Under the pieces are notes generated by a model, which worked only from the letters and a program-made list of their open reading frames with translations, was not told the origin of the DNA and did no database searches. DNA of 63,184 bases, filler included, from Stramenopiles sp. TOSAG23-2 (Eukaryota), in the NCBI GenBank assembly GCA_900128395.1. It is 9 parts of 9 records of this genome, joined end to end, with 100 filler letters (N's around TTAATTAATTAA, not from the genome) between each part and the next. Parts side by side here need not be neighbours in the genome. Positions count along the whole stretch, not along the records: positions 1 to 25,870 come from LT649445.1; 8 more parts are not named here. The stretch is one strand, 5' to 3'. Positions 1-9,120 of the stretch are shown piece after piece. How positions within the stretch are numbered: position 1 is the stretch's first letter; the number at the start of each line of letters is the position of its first letter. The position numbers and the translations under genes were made by a program.

Positions 1-114
1 TTATTAGTACTATATACACGCAGATAGAACCGCAATCATTTATATATTACCTACCCATATAGGTATTATCATCATCATCATCATCTTCTTCTAATAATAA
101 TAATAATAATAAAT

Positions 115-3100
115 ATGTCTAACTTACATGCAACTCCAGGTTTTGAAGTATTAGCCAGTGAAAAACAAGAACTTACAGATAGGACAAGAGTATACCTTCA
201 ACGAAGAGTAAAAGAAACAGATGAAATTCCGCTTACACTGAAAGAGGAAAATGAGTTAGTGGGACAAGCTAGAAAAGAAAAGCTCGGGGAATGGCTTGCA
301 ACTGGTATATGTGGAAATAATATTACATCTTCAGCATTATATGTTGTTGCGCTATGCTCCGTACCCGCTGGTAAATTTGCCCCTGTTGCACTATTATGTA
401 TTGCCGGTTTGCTATATTTATTCCGCCGGATATACGAGGAGGTTGTAACAGCACTGCCAGTCAACGGCGGTACATACAATCTATTATTAAATACAACGAC
501 AAAAGGAAATGCTAGTATTGCTGCATGTTTAACTATGTTGTCATATGTTACAACTGCTGTGATATCCTCGACATCAGCTATGCGTTATTTGCATACTTTA
601 TGTGATAACTGTGAAGAGTTTGATGTAATCTTTGCAACTTGTGTAACATTATCAATAGCGGCATTTTTGAATTTAATGGGTATTACGGAAAGTGCTGTGG
701 TAGCTTTAGTTATTTTTTTGTTCCATATGTTATCCATGGTTTTGTTAGTAGGTGCATGCCTTATAAAAGCTATTGTAGATATGCCAACAGTTGATTTACT
801 TGCTGGTACATCAACTTTAGCAGCAACTGCAGTTTCTCCTGCAAGTTTGACTACGCCAATAACATTCCCATATAATTTTTCATCTAATACACAATGTACA
901 TGTTATAATGATACGGCGTTAAGTACGGCGACTGCAGAAGCTGCTTCTCAATCAGTTGACACGGTGTCAATGTTTATTTATAATTGGGTACATACATCAC
1001 CAGCCATGGGAATTGCGGGGGCAATTTATTTCGGTTTTTCAAGTGCCTTGCTCGGTATATCTGGATTTGAAAGTTCCTCCAACTATGTTGAAAATCAACA
1101 AGATGGCGTGTTTCCTAAAACGTTACGTAATATGTGGATTGCTGTTACTTTTATTAATCCATCCATAGCATTTTTAGCTCAATGTTTATTGCCAGTGAAT
1201 GATATAGCAGGGCAAGCAGAGGAAGGAGCGTTGTTATCGATTATGGCAGAGAAAGCTGCTGGCCCATGGTTAAAATATTGGATTGTAATTGACGCTACGT
1301 TAGTTTTAGTGGGTGCGGTTATCACTGCTTTTGTCGGCTTCACTGGCCTTAGCCATCGGATGACAGTAGATAGATGCTTACCACAAGTATTTTTAAGTAT
1401 CAACTCCTTTCGCAAAACACGACATTGGATTATTATAGGATTTTGGATTTTAACAACTTTGCTTGTATTGCAAACTCAAGGCAATGTCGAAATTCTTGCT
1501 GGCGTTTACACAGTAGCATTTTTGTCAGTAATGTTTAGTTTTACTGTTGGAAATATGCTTTTGAAACTGCGTAGGGCTGATTTGCCAACACCTGTCCATG
1601 TAAAATGGAGAATAGTACTTCTTGCATCGTTTGCAGTAATGCTAGGTTTGATTGGAAATATCGTATCGCGACCACGTAGTCTATCGCCATTGTTAATATT
1701 TGGTGTATGTTTTATTATACCGGTCCAAATTATGTTAAATCGGCGAAAGGTGTTGAGCATCATCGTAGCAATCACTAGTGACGTGGAAGATCGCGATGAT
1801 AAGAATAAAAAATTAGATCAAGCAACGAAACGGATAGCGGAAAAACTGGAGTTAGATGATTTGTTTATGGAAGCTATGAAAAATGCATCGGATCTAATGA
1901 ATGCCGATCGTGCAACTTTATGGTTAATTGATCATGTGAATAATGAATTGTGGAGTAAAGTGGCCCTTGGCATTCCCACAATACGGGTTCCACTTGGGGT
2001 TGGTATCGTTGGTTGGGTTACTACGCATAAAAAAACGCTTAATATTCCTGATGCATATAAAGATTCTAGATTTAATCCTGCTGTTGATAAAAAAACTGGT
2101 TACAAAACGGATACCATCCTATGCATGCCAATATATAATTCAAGTGGAACGATGGTTGGTGTCATGCAAATTATAAATAAATTAGGCAAAAATGCTATTT
2201 TTACAAAGGAGGATGAAATTGTTTTGACTGATTTTTGCACAAGGATTGCCGTTGCAGCGGAGAAGGTCCAAGAGTTAGGTACTACGCAAAAAGATATGAA
2301 GCGAATTTTAAAACGATTAAGAAAGCAATTGGAATCAACCAAAGCAATTGAAACAATGTTGAAAAGTGCAAGTGTACAATCGCAATTGGATCATTTATTT
2401 GTTGAAGCAATAAAAGTTGCGCATACATTATTAAGTGCAGACCGTGGGACCTTGTGGTTAGTGGATGATCGTACAAATGAACTATGGACACGGATAGCGG
2501 AAGGTATGGATCCAATACGAATACCAAAATCAAAGGGTTTGGTAGGATGGGTTGCAACAACGGGGGATAGCTTAAATATTGAAGATGCATATAAAGATCC
2601 AAGATTCAACAATGCAGTAGATAAAAAAACAGGATATAAAACTACACAAATTTTATGTTCGCCAATCGTGTCTAGCACAAGTGGAAAAGTTATTGGTGTT
2701 GTACAATTGATTAATAAAGTTGTAAATGAATCGCATAGTAATCTTGGATCCCCTGATGGATCTCCAAGGGGGACTGAAAACTTGGAGCAATCCTTATCAG
2801 AGTTCGACGATGCTTCCATCATACATTTTACTAAATCCGATGAGCAAGTGTTAGATAATTTTTGTAAAAGCATTGCTGAAACTATTGAATTATCACAAAA
2901 GTCGGATACGACGAGAGAGGAAATGCGCCAAACAGTGCGCAATCTTGAGAAGCAATTGGCTCTTGTCGAATCAAAAATGGTAACTTCGTACGATGATTTG
3001 TTTCAAAACACTGTTGAAAGCGCACGTAAAATTTTGCAAGCAGACCGCTGTACACTATGGATCGCTGATAGTGATAAAAAAGAGTTATGGTCTATAATTG

Positions 3101-4554
3101 CACAAGGGATGGCACCTATCCGAGTACCAAACGACAAAGGGATAGTAGGTGCATGTTTTCATACAAGTAATTGTATATCGATTCCAGATGCGTACCAAGA
3201 TCATCGCTTTAATTCTACCGTGGATAAAAAGACAGGCTATAAAACAAAATCAATCTTATGCGCACCGATATTTAATGGTGAGAAGGTTATTGGTATTTTA
3301 CAATCAATTAATAAAGTTTCTCAATATTCAGATACATTTACAAAAGATGATCAAATTGCTGCAAAGACGTATTGTACACATTTAGCAAAAGCTGTTATCC
3401 ATTGTCAAAGAAAAGAATCTGGTAAAGAAGAATTGTTAGAAAGTAGTATGGAAATTAAAAAGTTTACTTTAAACGTAGCGGCTAATTTGGCCGAGCTCAA
3501 GATAGAAGAAAGCCAGCCGAAGAAACCGACATTAAGAGGTCTTGCAAGATTTAAAAATGTAGCAAAGAAAGTTGCAGAAGTTAAAAAAGAAGAAAAACGG
3601 ATACAGGAAAAACGACGAACTTCTGTTACGCAAAAATTGCGTTTGCAATTGAAAGAGGAAAGGGAGGAATACGATGCGACGCACAAAAATGATTTGGGCG
3701 ATGGCAAAAAAGGGAGATCAACATGTTATAACTTCATGCTTTTAAAACGAGTCATTAATAATTGGGCAAATCGTTCCCTAATTGCTCTTACACAAAAACC
3801 ACTTGTTTATTTTACAAAAGATGATTCGCCAAAGGCATTGGCAAATGCTGTTAGATATGTTCTTGCAAATGAACAGAGATGTTGGATTAAATTTGTTCGA
3901 GTATATGCAAAAAAAGCAGATGTCCCAGTTAAAGTTCCAATTGTATATCAGTATTTGTTGGATTCAAATCCAAATTTAATTATAGAATACGTAGCGATGG
4001 TAGGCAAGTTTGGCCCTGGTATTGTTCGTGAATTATCTCTTCGAGAGCATATTCCTTCTACGTTTATGTTTATGGGGTCGTTTGGAGAGAAATTTGAATA
4101 TACATTCACAGAAATGGGTGGTTTGCGTTTGATCACTGAGAATACGGCGACATATTATCAGCCTACTGCTGTGAAAAGCAAAGCTGCTGCAGCTGCAAAA
4201 ATTCAGTCTATTTTTAGAAGAAACAAAGTGAAGAAACGGTTCTCTGCATTAAATGACCATTCAAGGCCTAAATCGCCAAGGTCGAACTCTCCTCCACTTG
4301 ATAAAATGTTCAAAGAAACCCTGTCTATCAAAAAAGTTGGCGATGATTTAAATAATAATAATAATGACGACGATGATGATGATGTTATTAAAGCACTATC
4401 GCAAAATTCGTTTCATGGAACGTTCGCAGGACCAAGAGAATCTTTTCAAGTACTAAATAAACGTACTTCTTTCACAACGGATGATGTGGTTTTAGAAATG
4501 GCGCGAACTTCATCTAACGATCATAAAAAGAAGGATAGAAAAATGTCTGATTGA
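115..4554 (+). CDS. APC-superfamily (amino acid permease / KimA-YdaO-like) transporter fused to three tandem GAF domains, a C-terminal cytosolic alpha/beta domain and an IQ-like motif
   Basis: About 12 hydrophobic segments in the first 540 aa with motifs ATGICGNNITSSALY, LPVNGGTY and SGFESSSN. Three repeats of ADRxTLW...G(I/L)VG...I(P/E)DAY.D.RFN..VDKKTGYKT..ILC.PI...INK...FTK.D(E/Q) at about 1850-2270, 2385-2900 and 2990-3405. IQ-like AAAKIQSIFRRNKVKK near 4190-4240. Confidence 0.9.
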   Translation: MSNLHATPGFEVLASEKQELTDRTRVYLQRRVKETDEIPLTLKEENELVGQARKEKLGEWLATGICGNNITSSALYVVALCSVPAGKFAPVALLCIAGLLYLFRRIYEEVVTALPVNGGTYNLLLNTTTKGNASIAACLTMLSYVTTAVISSTSAMRYLHTLCDNCEEFDVIFATCVTLSIAAFLNLMGITESAVVALVIFLFHMLSMVLLVGACLIKAIVDMPTVDLLAGTSTLAATAVSPASLTTPITFPYNFSSNTQCTCYNDTALSTATAEAASQSVDTVSMFIYNWVHTSPAMGIAGAIYFGFSSALLGISGFESSSNYVENQQDGVFPKTLRNMWIAVTFINPSIAFLAQCLLPVNDIAGQAEEGALLSIMAEKAAGPWLKYWIVIDATLVLVGAVITAFVGFTGLSHRMTVDRCLPQVFLSINSFRKTRHWIIIGFWILTTLLVLQTQGNVEILAGVYTVAFLSVMFSFTVGNMLLKLRRADLPTPVHVKWRIVLLASFAVMLGLIGNIVSRPRSLSPLLIFGVCFIIPVQIMLNRRKVLSIIVAITSDVEDRDDKNKKLDQATKRIAEKLELDDLFMEAMKNASDLMNADRATLWLIDHVNNELWSKVALGIPTIRVPLGVGIVGWVTTHKKTLNIPDAYKDSRFNPAVDKKTGYKTDTILCMPIYNSSGTMVGVMQIINKLGKNAIFTKEDEIVLTDFCTRIAVAAEKVQELGTTQKDMKRILKRLRKQLESTKAIETMLKSASVQSQLDHLFVEAIKVAHTLLSADRGTLWLVDDRTNELWTRIAEGMDPIRIPKSKGLVGWVATTGDSLNIEDAYKDPRFNNAVDKKTGYKTTQILCSPIVSSTSGKVIGVVQLINKVVNESHSNLGSPDGSPRGTENLEQSLSEFDDASIIHFTKSDEQVLDNFCKSIAETIELSQKSDTTREEMRQTVRNLEKQLALVESKMVTSYDDLFQNTVESARKILQADRCTLWIADSDKKELWSIIAQGMAPIRVPNDKGIVGACFHTSNCISIPDAYQDHRFNSTVDKKTGYKTKSILCAPIFNGEKVIGILQSINKVSQYSDTFTKDDQIAAKTYCTHLAKAVIHCQRKESGKEELLESSMEIKKFTLNVAANLAELKIEESQPKKPTLRGLARFKNVAKKVAEVKKEEKRIQEKRRTSVTQKLRLQLKEEREEYDATHKNDLGDGKKGRSTCYNFMLLKRVINNWANRSLIALTQKPLVYFTKDDSPKALANAVRYVLANEQRCWIKFVRVYAKKADVPVKVPIVYQYLLDSNPNLIIEYVAMVGKFGPGIVRELSLREHIPSTFMFMGSFGEKFEYTFTEMGGLRLITENTATYYQPTAVKSKAAAAAKIQSIFRRNKVKKRFSALNDHSRPKSPRSNSPPLDKMFKETLSIKKVGDDLNNNNNDDDDDDVIKALSQNSFHGTFAGPRESFQVLNKRTSFTTDDVVLEMARTSSNDHKKKDRKMSD

Positions 4555-4841
4555 GAAAAAAGTTTTTTTAGGTGCATCATTTTTGGTAATATTTTAATTT
4601 TAAATTTTGTAAAAATTACGCGTACTTCGTATGTATATCATAGAGAAAAAGCATCAATGATATGTTTTACTCGTTCTACACACACAAACACACCACACAT
4701 AGACACACACATATCATTACCAAAATTTTAATATATTATATATGATTATATGCATAATATTATTATACCGAAGTACGATTATAAAAAAAAATACGTCGTA
4801 TATTACGAATTTTTTTATAAATGCATGTACGCTTCGTACCT

Positions 4842-5117
4842 CTATTTAAATCGATTTGATTTGTTGCGAAGTGCTTCGATTCTGTTCTCTTCTTTAATTC
4901 TAGTTTTCCATAAGACATCATGATTAACTGCATGATCAGCACTACTTCCGTAATAGAATTTCTGTTGAGAAAATTGGTCTTTTTTATCATAGCAATTATT
5001 TTTACCAAATCTTGCGCTTATCATTTTTGGACCTACTAAAGGATTAATATCTGGACCAAAATTTACTGGTAAGACATATTCTCCAGGACCAGGTGTCCAA
5101 CTTTTTCCATGTAGCAT
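4842..5117 (-). CDS. Small protein with a PGPGxY (SHIPPO/STPG-type, ciliary microtubule-associated) motif; may be 5'-truncated
   Basis: TPGPGEY motif; ATG at 5117 (MLHGKSW); AT-rich 3' region downstream of the stop. Confidence 0.5.
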   Translation of the reverse strand: MLHGKSWTPGPGEYVLPVNFGPDINPLVGPKMISARFGKNNCYDKKDQFSQQKFYYGSSADHAVNHDVLWKTRIKEENRIEALRNKSNRFK

Positions 5118-5221
5118 CTGCAAATAATAATAGCAATAAGGAATCGAATGGAGTGCCATCTGATTTGATAAAAAGTAAGGAAAATGTGAAGGACGTCACT
5201 ACAAATAGCAGTAAAGGAAGT

Positions 5222-6310
5222 ATGGAACCAATAAAAAACATCGATAATAATGATGATAACAACAACAACAACAACGACAATAACTTAAACAAAACGACGA
5301 TTAATTTATCACCAGCGACATTATTATCTACACCAGGACATCAGTCGCAACTTTCCCCAACAGCACGAAGCAATAATCCATTTTCCAATCCGTTAGCATT
5401 AGCACCGGTAACAAATGCTGCAGTTGATGTTTCAAAAGCAAATAGCAAGAAAAAAAACAACCAATTATCTGCTATACCAAGATCCTCTTCCTCCTCATCA
5501 TCATTATCATCACCACCATCACAACAAATATCTATTGATAAATGGCCTTCGCCACTAAATTTTACCATGAAATCTGTTCTATCCGAATCCAGCAACCAGA
5601 ATAATAATAATGGTAATGATAAAATTTTAGCACTAGAAGCAGAAATAAAAAAATTGAGAAAATTACAAACAAAAGCTTTAGTTGCTCATGATGTTGAATT
5701 AGCAAGATATCAAAAACGACTTGACGACGCAAATGAAAAATTAGAATCTGTTCGAAATATTCATTTAACATACAAAGATGAAACTGATAAAGCAAAGGAA
5801 GAAGTTGAACATGCACATTTAATTGCAAAAGATTATGAGAAAAAATTGAGAAGAGTAGAGAAAGAAAATGGAAAATTGCATGAGAAACTAATAAATGCTC
5901 AACAAGAACAAGCTCATACAAAGGAGGAAATGTTAAAACTAAAATTAGGTTATGAAGAATTACAACAAAGCCACAATCAATTGATTGAACGCTTAAATGC
6001 ATATGTAAGTGCATCATCTTCTAGATCAAATTTGCTGGAAAAATCGTTGTCATTAAGCCAGCGAAGCAATGCTAGTTTTGATTCATTAAAAGTTTCTACG
6101 AACAACAATAATAATTACCACAGTAATCAAGTGACTGGTTATCATCACCAAAAAGGATTAAATCTTTCCTCTTCGGATTTATCTCTTACAGAACGAAAAG
6201 AAAACAATGGAAATAGGAGGCATGTTAGTTTACTTAATGAGACAGTAAAAACGATACAGTATCCAAAGTCACCATTTGATGATGATCAAAGTGATTTAAA
6301 TTGGTATTGA
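5222..6310 (+). CDS. Hypothetical protein: Asn/Ser-rich disordered region plus a central coiled coil
   Basis: The track's start at 5093 is GTG; the first in-frame ATG is 5222. Heptad-like E/K/L region KILALEAEIKKLRKLQ...LIERLNAY. Confidence 0.75.
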   Translation: MEPIKNIDNNDDNNNNNNDNNLNKTTINLSPATLLSTPGHQSQLSPTARSNNPFSNPLALAPVTNAAVDVSKANSKKKNNQLSAIPRSSSSSSSLSSPPSQQISIDKWPSPLNFTMKSVLSESSNQNNNNGNDKILALEAEIKKLRKLQTKALVAHDVELARYQKRLDDANEKLESVRNIHLTYKDETDKAKEEVEHAHLIAKDYEKKLRRVEKENGKLHEKLINAQQEQAHTKEEMLKLKLGYEELQQSHNQLIERLNAYVSASSSRSNLLEKSLSLSQRSNASFDSLKVSTNNNNNYHSNQVTGYHHQKGLNLSSSDLSLTERKENNGNRRHVSLLNETVKTIQYPKSPFDDDQSDLNWY

Positions 6311-6806
6311 AATATTTTTTGTGTGTCCTTACCAATATTTTTTATGGAGAGAGAGATACTATTATATTTAAAAAAAAAAAATACAAAAAAAGACATCTAT
6401 CATACGTATTTTTTAATTTTTCCTACGATTCGTAGCAAAAGTACGCGTATTTTATACTTCGTAATATTTTTTAAATTTCTACCCATGACACATGACAGTT
6501 CCTAATAAAATACTCTCAAAAGAAATAATATTTTTTATAGCGTGCGTGTTTATTGAGCCAACATTAATATCTATCTCACAAAATGTGTCAATAAATAATT
6601 TATATATAAATATATCAAATATCGTATATATTTATTATATGTACATACACATGCGAATAATATGAACTTATACGCATGCACACACGCTCATTACATTTCT
6701 AAATATATACATCCCATTTTGCCCCAAAAGCAATATCGCAAATAACATCATGCGTATTATAAATACAAATGATACGCCTAATTGAAGTATAAATTTTTAT
6801 GATATC

Positions 6807-7400
6807 CTATACTTGCGCAACAGCTGCTTGTTTAGTAGCAACAACTGGTAATTCTTGGCTTGGTTGTAAATTATCTTGTCTTGTAGCTAATTTCAAATTA
6901 TGTGCTAATGAAATCGTAAAGAAAATAAACAAAATAAACGCAAATGCCATGGAAACCGCATATTTTGGCGCATCACTTGATAATTGCATAACTGTTTTCC
7001 CTTGGTTATCGTTTGCCTTTGCTTGATTTAATTCTATTGCCATAGTGATGTAAGCCACTAAATTTAAAATTGCTAATAAAAAGTCACTGAAGTATTCAAT
7101 ACATTCACCATACTTCTGACAAAATACGGGTTGAGCCTTATGCGTGAATAAATGCGATAAGATCAGAGTGAAACACCATGCGATAGTGAAAGCTGATATT
7201 ACAACATAATAAACACAACTCGGAAATATTGTAAATGGCATTTCAGTTTTACAGACTTCAGAACCTGGACCAGCTGTTGTTTCTGTACAAGTACTGTTCC
7301 CAACAGCCGTTAGCATAACAATCATGCCGGTGCATGCTATAGCTGTTTCCAACGCCCTCAATGCGAATCCTTTCGTACATAATGTTTTATCTTCCGCCAT
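6807..7400 (-). CDS. Four-TM MARVEL/CASP-like membrane protein
   Basis: Four hydrophobic helices; Arg in TM1 (ALRALE), F..F...Y.V in the loop/TM2 and Asp in TM3 (FSDFLL) match the MARVEL/CASPL pattern. Confidence 0.7.
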   Translation of the reverse strand: MAEDKTLCTKGFALRALETAIACTGMIVMLTAVGNSTCTETTAGPGSEVCKTEMPFTIFPSCVYYVVISAFTIAWCFTLILSHLFTHKAQPVFCQKYGECIEYFSDFLLAILNLVAYITMAIELNQAKANDNQGKTVMQLSSDAPKYAVSMAFAFILFIFFTISLAHNLKLATRQDNLQPSQELPVVATKQAAVAQV

Positions 7401-7764
7401 ATTTTCACTTATGATGATAACAGTTTCGTTTTCCTATTGTTTTTATAACACACTTTCTTCTTTGAATCATTTAGTCTAAATTTATTGTTACCTCTTATAT
7501 ATATATATTTGCGGATTAGCAGGTAAATATAGGGAATAATAGAATTGAAATATTGAAGGTTCGTGCATGCGGCACCCTTGGACAAATCTTCGTTGATGAT
7601 GTGGCGCTAAAAAATAAAAAAAAATAGCAATAATAGGGATTTCTAGATTTATTTAATCAGTACTTTAACAAGTATAATATTAGAAATATGGATTAGCAAG
7701 TTTTCTGGTTTCTAGTTCCAGGTTTTTTTGCTTTTCCAAGTTATCTGGTTATCCAGTTCAGCTT

Positions 7765-7817
7765 TTTCCAGCTTTCCAGCTTTCCAGCTTTCCAGCTTTC
7801 CAGCTTTCCAGCTTTCC
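7765..7817. repeat. (TTTCCAGC)n tandem repeat, about 6.5 units, in a divergent intergenic region
   Basis: Read directly from the sequence. Confidence 0.95.
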
Positions 7818-8105
7818 TGAAGCTTTTTTTATTTTCAACAAATATAATATAATAACGTTGAGTTTAGCTGACTAGCACTAGAGTATTATAATCTCTTTTA
7901 TCATAAATACTTATATATTATTATCCACCGACCAGGTCGGTAGTAGTATACACCTACAATATTATACAAAAACATTTTTTATATAATAGATATACATATA
8001 TATACAATCTAACATTGCATTAAAACGTTGTTTATATAATACTAAAAATCTAATACTAGACAACGTATCATTAGTATTATATAGGTAATCAAATTAGAAC
8101 GAAAT

Positions 8106-8852
8106 ATGTCGTCTAATGAACTGCGCAATAGTATACGTGGTGCCTTGGCACATAGAGTCACACGTAGCGATAGCAGTAAACCATATTTAGATAAAATTAG
8201 TGTCACAAAGCACATGCCTGCCCTTGGTAGAACTGGGTGGAAGCATTTACTTATACAACCAATAAGTATACCAAATTTAGAACATACAGGTATACAATCA
8301 GCTTTTGAAGATCCTAAACAGCCATTGATGAAGCCAGATGGTTCAATTAACAATGCGATGAGAACAACCATTAAAAAGCAATATACAAGTCTTTCACGCG
8401 AATATCAAAGAATGAAAAATAAAAGTGAAAATCCGAGAGAAGATGATGACGAATATGACGATTATGATGATGACCGAATTGAATTAGAGGATACGGAAGA
8501 ATCTAGAGCAGGTCCTGGTCCACCAAACTTTGAAAATTTCTTAGACTTTGTATATGGACCTTCCAATGTTGCTGGGACATACCGTCGTAACTATGAAAAG
8601 CAAATGCGTATATACAACCCGGTCGAAGATGAAACTAATAGAAAAGGTACACGACGAAGTGGTAATAGAAAAAAGAGATATATAAAACCAGTTTCGCCAC
8701 ATGAAAAAGAAATGTATACAACAAATATAAATTATTACACAGATAGTGAGAAAATGGATGAAGAGGAAGAAGAAACGGAAAAAGTTTTAGCATTATATGA
8801 TGATTCTATTCAACAAACTATAGATAATGATGGTGATTATATACGAAAGTAG
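8106..8852 (+). CDS. Hypothetical protein, acidic and low-complexity
   Basis: 248-aa ATG-started ORF with coding-like composition and AT-rich flanks; no recognisable domain. Confidence 0.7.
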   Translation: MSSNELRNSIRGALAHRVTRSDSSKPYLDKISVTKHMPALGRTGWKHLLIQPISIPNLEHTGIQSAFEDPKQPLMKPDGSINNAMRTTIKKQYTSLSREYQRMKNKSENPREDDDEYDDYDDDRIELEDTEESRAGPGPPNFENFLDFVYGPSNVAGTYRRNYEKQMRIYNPVEDETNRKGTRRSGNRKKRYIKPVSPHEKEMYTTNINYYTDSEKMDEEEEETEKVLALYDDSIQQTIDNDGDYIRK

Positions 8853-8875
8853 TGTGTGTGTGTGTGTGTGTGTGT
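8852..8875. repeat. (GT)n microsatellite directly after the stop codon
   Basis: Read directly from the sequence. Confidence 0.95.
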
Positions 8876-9120
8876 AAAAGTCATAATTATGTCTGTACAA
8901 ACTAGAAAAAATAAATCTATGACCGTATACAATCGTATGGTATCATCCGGTGATGAATACTTTGTGCTCAATACTCTATCTCAGAAATAATAGAGTTTTA
9001 ATATTATGATAGATATAGATATAATATCATAATCATATCTCTATGAAAATATGATATTTTACTGATACTGAGATATGATAGAATAAACAGGTGTTTCTAC
9101 GTACGAGTATTATTTTATTT

